Positions 57,537-64,000 of a stretch of DNA of 64,000 bases are shown here, piece after piece. Under the pieces are notes generated by a model. The model ran no database searches, was not told the origin of the DNA, and saw only the letters and a program-made list of their open reading frames with translations. The stretch comes from Candidatus Bathyarchaeia archaeon (lineage in GTDB: Archaea; Thermoproteota; Bathyarchaeia; Bathyarchaeales; Bathycorpusculaceae). The stretch spans positions 1 to 64,000 of the forward strand of contig JBMFMB010000001.1 in assembly GCA_049970895.1 (NCBI GenBank), written 5' to 3'. Position 1 is the stretch's first letter; every line of letters starts with the position of its first letter. The position numbers and the translations under genes are program-made.

Positions 57537-57656
57537 CTTATTCACCTCCACTAACCAACAGTTTGGCATAGTGAGAGCATCACCAGATGCTTTAAGCATT
57601 TTCATTCGACTCTTGTCGAGAAACAGCCTTGATGACAAGCCACCATCTTAAAAGAT

Positions 57657-58652
57657 TTACTTCAGAAATTTTGCCGTTAGGGCAGCCTCAGGATCCTGCA
57701 TTCCAGGCTTGAGGTAAGCCCAACACAAATGTGTGGAGTTGTGGGCTGCTCCAATCTCGCCCCGAGTGTCCACGGCAATCAAGCCCATGGAATTGTAGGT
57801 TCCAACTATCCGCTCATTAACAAGCTTTATGGCGGCTTCAACAGCCTCCTGGGCGGTTTTGCCACTTTCCATGTAGTTGCAAACGGTTTTCGCCAAAACA
57901 AGCCTTATGGCAATCTCACCAACACCAGTGGCTGAACAAGCCCCACTCCTATTGTCGGCGTATGTGCCGCAACCAATAAGCGGCGAGTCGCCAATCCTAC
58001 CTGGAATCTTTAGTGGAAAGCCGCCGGTGGAGGTTGCAGCCGCAACATTCCCTTCAGAATCTAAGGCAACGGCGCCAACGGTTTCAAGGTTGAAAAGCTC
58101 TGGGTGGCTTTTAACCAGCTCTGCAAGTTTTGGCAGCTCAAACTTGCCATCCAGCAAGGCCTGCTTTGCCTGCTCATAATATTTTAGGCGGAGCTCTGTC
58201 AGCGGGTTTCGCCTTTCAAGGTTAAACAATCTTGCGAGTTTCTCTGCTCCCTCGCCGACGATGAAGACGTGGTCTGTCTTCTCCATAACTATCCGTGCAA
58301 GCCTAACAGGATTCCTAATATCCTTCAAAAGTCCGGCAGCCCCAGCCTTCAAGGTTTTTCCATCCATGACGGAGGCTTCCATCTCCACAGTTTTTTCAAT
58401 GGTTAGGCTTGAGCCATAACCGGCATTGAAAACGCCTTCATCCTCCATGACAGCGACAGCCTCAACAACAGCGTCGAGGGCGCTTCCACCCCTCACCATG
58501 ACATCAAAGCCAGTTTTAGCCGCCTTCTTAACACCCTCAAGCCCCGGGTTAACGCGTTCTGGATGCCAATTTCCAGCGCCGCCGTGAACAACAATTACTG
58601 GTTTCGGCGTTTTCCCTTCCTCCAACATTGGAATGATAGGTTTCACGTCCAT
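57657..58652 (-). CDS. Isoaspartyl peptidase/L-asparaginase (Ntn hydrolase)
   Basis: VVHGGAG, FNAGYGS, E/TVGAVALD nucleophile Thr, ATSTGG, GRIGDSP, SATGVGE. Confidence 0.94.
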   Translation of the reverse strand: MDVKPIIPMLEEGKTPKPVIVVHGGAGNWHPERVNPGLEGVKKAAKTGFDVMVRGGSALDAVVEAVAVMEDEGVFNAGYGSSLTIEKTVEMEASVMDGKTLKAGAAGLLKDIRNPVRLARIVMEKTDHVFIVGEGAEKLARLFNLERRNPLTELRLKYYEQAKQALLDGKFELPKLAELVKSHPELFNLETVGAVALDSEGNVAAATSTGGFPLKIPGRIGDSPLIGCGTYADNRSGACSATGVGEIAIRLVLAKTVCNYMESGKTAQEAVEAAIKLVNERIVGTYNSMGLIAVDTRGEIGAAHNSTHLCWAYLKPGMQDPEAALTAKFLK

Positions 58653-58695
58653 GAATTTAAGCCTAATCCCCGAAGAGGTCTAAATAAATTTGTGG

Positions 58696-59910
58696 TTATG
58701 GGCGAGCCCCAAGCGTTAATGGGATTGTGAGCTCTTGGTTATCCCTTATTATCGTCAAGCTTATTGTTTGCCCAGGCGCTGTATTTTCTTCAAGATAGGC
58801 TGAAAGTGCATCTAAGCCTGTTATTCTTGTTCTGTTTATGGCTATTATAATGTCGCCACCAACAGTCACGTATTCTCCTGCAATCAACACCCTTTTTGTC
58901 CCGCCTCTCAAACCAGCGTTGTCTGCTGGTCCTCCACTTACAACTTGGGTTATTAACCACCCATAAGTGACGTTAACGCCCATAACTTGCGCTATCTCAT
59001 ATGTTATATCCACGCCTGCAGCGCCAAGCCAAGGATGCTTATCATAGTACCCCACAGTTACAAGAGAAGCAATTTCCCGTAGAATCGTATTTGAGGGAAT
59101 TGCAAAGCCCAAGCCTTGAGAATTGCTCACGATGGCTGTTGTTATGCCCACCACTTGTCCTTGGAGGTTTAAGAGTGGACCTCCAGAATTTCCAGGGTTT
59201 AAAGGCGCAGTTGTTTGAATAACATTGGCTATTGGGTATTTACCGGTTTGCTCCTCGGTTATTGTTCTGCCCAGTGCACTTACTATGCCGATGCTCATTG
59301 ATCCCGCCAGCCCATATGGGTTGCCTACAGCCACAACGATGTCACCCACTTTCAACGTTGATGAGCTTACAACTTCAAGGGGTTTAAACTCATATTGAGG
59401 AGCATTAACTGAAAGCACAGCGAGGTCCGCGTAAGGGTCTGAACCGATGACTGTCGCTGCATACCCATTCCCATTAATAAACGTCACTGTCAAATTAATC
59501 ACGCTCTGGACCACATGATAGTTTGTAATAGTCACCATTTGCCCGGAAAAGTTGTAGATGAATCCTGAACCTTGCACTTGAGTATAGTGTGGACGGCCGA
59601 AAATGTCGTATTGCACAGTTACTCCGCGAACTACAACAACGGAGTCCTTAACCCTTTCATACAAATCTGAAAGCGAAACGTTTCCGCAGAGAATGTAAGT
59701 ATTGTTTACAATTTTCTGTGCAGTTTGGAGATTGGAAGTTTGCTGTCTAAGAATTGACAATTCATCTTCCAAATTTTTGATTTTTTCTGACATTGGTAAA
59801 CTGCCCAGCAAATAACCCGCTAAACCTCCTACAACAAGACTTACTATGACCATAACAACCAAGATGGTTGCTGAAAATCCTTTTACACCAGACTTTTGAG
59901 CATAATCCAC
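58696..59910 (-). CDS. Membrane-anchored HtrA/DegP-type serine protease with PDZ domain
   Basis: TM anchor, GSGF, TNYHVV, DLAVL, LNPGNSGGPL, PDZ; GGAGGTGA SD before GTG 59910. Confidence 0.94.
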   Translation of the reverse strand: MDYAQKSGVKGFSATILVVMVIVSLVVGGLAGYLLGSLPMSEKIKNLEDELSILRQQTSNLQTAQKIVNNTYILCGNVSLSDLYERVKDSVVVVRGVTVQYDIFGRPHYTQVQGSGFIYNFSGQMVTITNYHVVQSVINLTVTFINGNGYAATVIGSDPYADLAVLSVNAPQYEFKPLEVVSSSTLKVGDIVVAVGNPYGLAGSMSIGIVSALGRTITEEQTGKYPIANVIQTTAPLNPGNSGGPLLNLQGQVVGITTAIVSNSQGLGFAIPSNTILREIASLVTVGYYDKHPWLGAAGVDITYEIAQVMGVNVTYGWLITQVVSGGPADNAGLRGGTKRVLIAGEYVTVGGDIIIAINRTRITGLDALSAYLEENTAPGQTISLTIIRDNQELTIPLTLGARP

Positions 59911-59926
59911 CGTTATCACCTCCTCT

Positions 59927-60709
59927 TTACAGTTTTTTACCACAATGAGGACAGAAAGCGTGGTCTGCTTGGACTTCTCTGCCGCATGCAGGACACACAA
60001 GTTTTTCCTTCGCCACCAATCCCATTTTCTCTTTCGCCAAAAGTTTTCCGTCGCTGAGAAAAAGCACTCTGCACGCATGTGATGCTATGGCGCCGTCGTG
60101 GGTGACCATCACGATGGTTGTCCCTTGCTCGGTGTTTAGCCTGCCTAAAAGCCTAACTATCTCATATTTTGTTTTGGCGTCCAAATTGCCTGTAGGCTCG
60201 TCTGCCAAAACAATGGATGGGTTATTCGCTAAAGCCCGTGCAATAGCGACTCTTTGCTGTTCACCAGCACTTAAACGAAATGGCTTATGGTTTTCTCTTT
60301 CAGTTAAGCCAACAAGCCTTAACAGTTCCCGAGCCCTTTTTCGCATTTCCTCCTTTGATTTTCCCGTCCCCTCCATTGGAAGCTCAACGTTTTCTAATGC
60401 ACTCAAGTATGGAAGTAAATTGAAGGTTTGGAAGACGAAGCCAACCTTGTACCGCCTAATCTTGTAGAGCTCTTTTTCGGATAATGCAGTAACATCTACG
60501 TTGTCGAGAATTACTTTTCCGCTGGTTGGTCTGTCAAGGCAGCCTAAAATGTTGAGCAGCGTGGTCTTACCGGAGCCAGAAGGTCCCATTATGGAAATGA
60601 AGTCTCCCTTTTTCACTTTCAGATTTATGTCTGAAAGGGCGCGGATTCTTCGGCTTCCAAGCTTGTAAATTTTTTCAAGTTTTTCTGTTTCTAAAACGAG
60701 CTCACTCAT
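59927..60709 (-). CDS. ABC transporter ATP-binding protein (LolD/MacB type) with C-terminal zinc ribbon
   Basis: GPSGSGKTT, LSAGEQQRVAIARAL, LADEPTGNLD, VTHD; CPACG...CPHCG tail. Confidence 0.93.
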   Translation of the reverse strand: MSELVLETEKLEKIYKLGSRRIRALSDINLKVKKGDFISIMGPSGSGKTTLLNILGCLDRPTSGKVILDNVDVTALSEKELYKIRRYKVGFVFQTFNLLPYLSALENVELPMEGTGKSKEEMRKRARELLRLVGLTERENHKPFRLSAGEQQRVAIARALANNPSIVLADEPTGNLDAKTKYEIVRLLGRLNTEQGTTIVMVTHDGAIASHACRVLFLSDGKLLAKEKMGLVAKEKLVCPACGREVQADHAFCPHCGKKL

Positions 60710-62072
60710 ATCTCAACGCCTCGATTGGTGATATTCTTGAGGCCCTCCAAGCGGGGTATAGACTTCCTAAAGCGCCTAAAACTGCGGCGGCACAAAGAGC
60801 CGCCAAAATTAGTTGCGGGCTCAACGTGGCTACGCTGTAGCTTTGTGTCCCAATAATGTTCGGATATTGTGTTTGGAATGGGCGTTGCATTCGTTGCGCA
60901 CCGCCGAACAGATTTATTTGTGGAAGCAGAAATGAAGAGAAGAATGGTGCAGCTATGCTTCCTATCAATACTCCGGCTACTCCTCCAATTAGGCCTATCA
61001 GCATGCCTTCAAGCATGAATTGGCTCATAACGTTCCAGTTGCTGAAGCCTATAGCCTTCAAAATGCCAATTTCCCTTGTTCTTTCACGAACCGAATAGAG
61101 CATCACAAAAAAGACGATGAGGGTTGCAGCTGCAACAGCAACAATAATTACTTGGGTAGCCGTTGCTTGCGCTTGCGCAATGGAAGATTCAGCATTGCTT
61201 AACGTCTGTGTATACATTTCTTGCATACGCTGCAAGTTCTCCAAACGGTCTTGATAACTCGTTACGTAGAGTTCAGGATACATCGCCTTTATTACGTCGG
61301 CAACTTGCGTTGCAAACGAAGCGTCGCTCACATAGACGTATAGCCTACTTATTTTCCCAGTTAGACCCGTAACTCTTTGAGCGTCTGAAATATTCATGTA
61401 AACAGTTCTCGGCTGGCTTGAGGATTCAAAAACCCCTTTCACTATGAAAGGTTCGCCTTCAATTTCTACAGTGTCGCCGACATCAACTCCAAAGTAGCTA
61501 GTTAAGTTTGAGCTTATGAGGATGTAGCCGCTGTCGCCTTCAGATAAGTTTTCTCCAGTAGTTATGTTTGTTGGCAGTATTGGATAGCTAGCAATTATGG
61601 TTGCGTTGAGGCAAACGCCCATTATCGTGTATGCGGGTCTATAAACGGTGCGGCTTCCCCATGGAGTGTTTATGGTTTCTGAAATGTTTTCACTTGAGGA
61701 TTTTTCAAGGAAGGGTATAACATCTTTTACCCCTTCTATGGAACGTATTTCATCCATTATAGTCTCGTCCACGAAAGTTTGATTAAACCCGCCGAAGAAG
61801 CCTCCTGGTCTAAAGGTCTGCATTCCACGGTTTGGAGTGGTGCTGCATTCTATCAGTGTTGCCGTTTTGTTAATTTCTTTCTGCATTGTGGTGATTGTGT
61901 TGGCGAAGTTTTCAGTTATTCTCTGCATGGACTCCTGATTTGCCATAATGCCCGCAGGTATTGAAACCATAATTGCAATGGAAAAGCCTAAAGCCACAAC
62001 AACCAAGAACGTTCGAACTTTTCTTCTTGAAATATTTTTCAAAGCCCTTGACAGTGCGCCCAAAGCCTTCAC
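60702..62072 (-). CDS. ABC transporter permease (MacB/FtsX/LolE type)
   Basis: RRKVRTFL, large extracellular loop, SVRERTREIGILKAIG, YPAWRASRISPIEALRYE. Confidence 0.93.
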   Translation of the reverse strand: MKALGALSRALKNISRRKVRTFLVVVALGFSIAIMVSIPAGIMANQESMQRITENFANTITTMQKEINKTATLIECSTTPNRGMQTFRPGGFFGGFNQTFVDETIMDEIRSIEGVKDVIPFLEKSSSENISETINTPWGSRTVYRPAYTIMGVCLNATIIASYPILPTNITTGENLSEGDSGYILISSNLTSYFGVDVGDTVEIEGEPFIVKGVFESSSQPRTVYMNISDAQRVTGLTGKISRLYVYVSDASFATQVADVIKAMYPELYVTSYQDRLENLQRMQEMYTQTLSNAESSIAQAQATATQVIIVAVAAATLIVFFVMLYSVRERTREIGILKAIGFSNWNVMSQFMLEGMLIGLIGGVAGVLIGSIAAPFFSSFLLPQINLFGGAQRMQRPFQTQYPNIIGTQSYSVATLSPQLILAALCAAAVLGALGSLYPAWRASRISPIEALRYE

Positions 62073-62129
62073 CGTTCACCCTTTTAAAGCTTTGTTGAAG
62101 CGAAAAACCGCGCCTAATATGAGGGTTTT

Positions 62130-62158
62130 CCAAAATTATACCAAAATGTCGCCATAAT
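62130..62158 (-). promoter_or_regulatory. Putative operator: three 11-bp-phased CCAWAAT repeats upstream of the ABC operon promoter
   Basis: CCAAAAT 62130, CCAAAAT 62141, CCATAAT 62152; same array at 62832-62860. Confidence 0.65.
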
Positions 62159-62233
62159 TACAACATGAAAAAGCCGAATTTTAAAAATAAAAAATGAGAG
62201 AGAAGAATGATTCTTTCGGTCTGCTATGCGCTT

Positions 62234-62773
62234 CTAAGGCTTTTCAATTATCGTTAGTGTTAAGATAGCTATTTTTGCGACCTTTCCCTGCTCAAGGTCC
62301 ACCCAAACCATTGCCCGCCCAGTTGTATCTTTCTCCAGCATTACAATGGCGGTCGTCGCCTTCGTTACAACCGTGCCATCTCTTTCAACAACGGTTTTGA
62401 TTATTGGCTTAACGCCCGTAATATTGTATCCTTCGTTTAGAAGATTCTGCACATCAGTGTCGTTTTTAGCTATGTTAATCACGTTTTCCTTATACTCTTC
62501 GCTAACCTCGATGAACCCACAGGAACCACGCCCACGCATCCATCCGCGATGCATAAAAAGCTTTTCAACCGTGATGTTGCCGTTAGCCCATCCCATAAAA
62601 CCAAAGCCTTTCCAGCCATGCCAGCTTTGAACATCTTCGTTATTAACTGTTGTACAGGCATTTGCGGTGGCTGAATAAGCGTTTAGCGCTATACCGCCTA
62701 TGACTACCGCCACAACAACAGTTGATAGCAAGATTAACGCTTTCTTCTTGTCTATTTTCAAACCACCCCCCAT
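62234..62773 (-). CDS. Secreted or membrane-anchored hypothetical protein
   Basis: Basic + hydrophobic N-terminus, G/W/M/R-rich linker, C-domain NIAKNDTDVQNLLNEGYNIT...VWVDLEQGKV. Confidence 0.75.
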   Translation of the reverse strand: MGGGLKIDKKKALILLSTVVVAVVIGGIALNAYSATANACTTVNNEDVQSWHGWKGFGFMGWANGNITVEKLFMHRGWMRGRGSCGFIEVSEEYKENVINIAKNDTDVQNLLNEGYNITGVKPIIKTVVERDGTVVTKATTAIVMLEKDTTGRAMVWVDLEQGKVAKIAILTLTIIEKP

Positions 62774-62831
62774 TCACATGTTAAGGTGCGCGCACTAAAA
62801 CACGTGAAGCTGCAGTTTATTAAAGGATTTT

Positions 62832-62860
62832 TCAGAATTAAACCAAAATAATACCATAAT
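62832..62860 (-). promoter_or_regulatory. Putative operator: three 11-bp-phased CCAWAAT-like repeats in the divergent promoter region
   Basis: TCAGAAT 62832, CCAAAAT 62843, CCATAAT 62854; abuts minus-strand GAAAAATCC-TTTAATAAA BRE/TATA-like element. Confidence 0.65.
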
Positions 62861-62925
62861 GTGAGAAAATACCTTTTAACCATAGACCAAATAAAAGTAA
62901 GGTCAGCTGTTCAGGAGCAAAACAA

Positions 62926-63228
62926 ATGTCCACCAGTGCTCGCCCCCTCAAATATCTACTCGGCTGGTTGATAGCTGGCACCCGAGGGGGCTTGACAAGA
63001 GCAAAGATAATCCAAGCCTTAAAGGAGGCCCCGCAAAACGCGAACCAGCTAGCGAACCTGCTTAAAATGGATTATAGAACTATAAGGCATCACCTTGAGG
63101 TTCTTGAGAAAAACAGGCTTATAGTGTCCGCGGGTGAAGAGTACGGTAAAACATACTTCCTATCTCCAATTATGGAGGAGAACTACGCCTTGTTTGAGGA
63201 GATTTTGAAGAAAGTTTGGAAAAAATAG
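62926..63228 (+). CDS. ArsR-like winged-helix transcription regulator
   Basis: WLIAGTRGG.TRAKII..L...P.NANQLA..L.MDYRTIRHHLEVL. Confidence 0.9.
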   Translation: MSTSARPLKYLLGWLIAGTRGGLTRAKIIQALKEAPQNANQLANLLKMDYRTIRHHLEVLEKNRLIVSAGEEYGKTYFLSPIMEENYALFEEILKKVWKK

Positions 63229-63245
63229 AAAAGGAGGCAAAACAA

Positions 63246-63698
63246 ATGAAGCATGAAATGAACCGAAATCCGAGAACTTGGCTACTACTAGTGCTTCTAC
63301 TCATCTTAATAGTTGCCGCCATATTAGCCGCTATATGGGCAACCTCAACCTTCTGGTATCCAAGGTTCCCATGGCAGCCGCCAGAACGTCCTCCTTACAT
63401 TCCATGGGACATAGAATTTTTCTACACGACGAAAACTATTATCTCCACAATAAACATAATCATTTTAGTCTTTCTAGTATTCGTGTATGTCGACATATAC
63501 AGAAAGACCCATTCAGAATTTACAATAGGGCTCATAATATTTTCAGCAACCCTACTTCTTTATGCTTTGACGTCAAATCCAATAGTGATAAGGGCTTTCG
63601 GTTTTAGACTGTTCGGTTTGGGACCATTCGCACTGCTCCCGGACTTATTCACTTTCGCGGCTCTCATAATCCTCCTATACTTAAGCATCAAATATTAG
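63246..63698 (+). CDS. Multi-pass membrane protein co-oriented with the regulator
   Basis: Four hydrophobic segments; Y.DIYRKT.SEFTIGLIIF; GGAGG SD before ATG 63246. Confidence 0.75.
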   Translation: MKHEMNRNPRTWLLLVLLLILIVAAILAAIWATSTFWYPRFPWQPPERPPYIPWDIEFFYTTKTIISTINIIILVFLVFVYVDIYRKTHSEFTIGLIIFSATLLLYALTSNPIVIRAFGFRLFGLGPFALLPDLFTFAALIILLYLSIKY

Positions 63699-63741
63699 AT
63701 GGCTAGAAATCCTTAAATCGCTTGAATTCACCCATAATAGT

Positions 63742-63812
63742 TTGGGATGATGTGAGGCGACGGCTAGGAGCCCTTCAAAGCTGTGAAAAGCCAACTAACC
63801 TGCACTGACCAA
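63742..63812 (+). ncRNA. Candidate box C/D guide sRNA
   Basis: C-box-like ATGATGT (63747), D box CTGA (63805), terminal TTGG/CCAA stem, TATA-like TTAAAT at 63713; internal GGCGACGGCTA matches the recalled 16S helix 34 sequence. Confidence 0.6.
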
Positions 63813-63831
63813 TCTTATGGCGGGTGGTCTG

Positions 63832-64000
63832 GTGCTTAGGGACTTCAACCTTCTAGCCACAACTTCAAGGGGAAACGAGGATGAGGCTTGTTCTGAACTT
63901 TGGTATTTGCTAGGCGAGATTGGCGACTCTGCGCCGGTTGTGGACAAGACTGGAGTGGCTGGATTGATTGCCGCGAAGACGGCTTTTAACCCCTTCGAGG
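63832..64000 (+). CDS. THUMP-domain protein (Tan1-like), 5' part, runs off the window
   Basis: Manual translation MLRDFNLLATTSRGNEDEACSELWYLLGEIGD...KTGVAGLIAAKT..NPFE. Confidence 0.75.
   Translation, partial: MLRDFNLLATTSRGNEDEACSELWYLLGEIGDSAPVVDKTGVAGLIAAKTAFNPFE

Noticed and set aside
59911-60078. Cys/Trp-rich N-terminal extension of HtrA
   Set aside because: Overlaps the ABC ATPase gene in another frame; a strong SD supports GTG 59910

Overview
Archaeal chromosomal window, most consistent with Bathyarchaeia (TACK). That call is inferred from gene content and style: archaeal r-proteins, Rpo3/Rpo10, thermosome, TopoVI, TiaS, SMC-ScpAB, a PEF-CTERM-type protein and GGAGGTGA Shine-Dalgarno sites. 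Most of it is housekeeping: the rpoD-L18e-L13-S9-rpoN-eno-S2 cluster followed by MEMO, mevalonate/isoprenoid genes, gltX and srp19; smc-scpA-scpB; S13-S4-S11; alaS, tiaS, nnr, tsr3, thermosome, aIF5B, top6AB, cdd and ABCE1. Accessory stretches hold a NEIL3-type (N-terminal Val) Nei glycosylase, vapBC, a pilin plus double-Roadblock plus wHTH cluster, an E1a/E1b/E2 dehydrogenase operon without E3, a convergent hicA/hicB pair, a stand-alone WWDYG (AglB C-terminal-like) protein and an HtrA/MacB-type ABC module. Features outside the ORF track: a 23-aa (EEEEW)n micro-ORF with a perfect SD upstream of ABCE1; a 234-bp MITE with 17-bp TIRs and a 9-bp TSD; a candidate C/D-box sRNA before a THUMP gene; 11-bp-phased operator repeats; a dispersed degenerate repeat; and an mntP pseudogene. 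No rRNA, tRNA or CRISPR array was seen. All product calls come from motif and family recognition by eye; no database searches were run.
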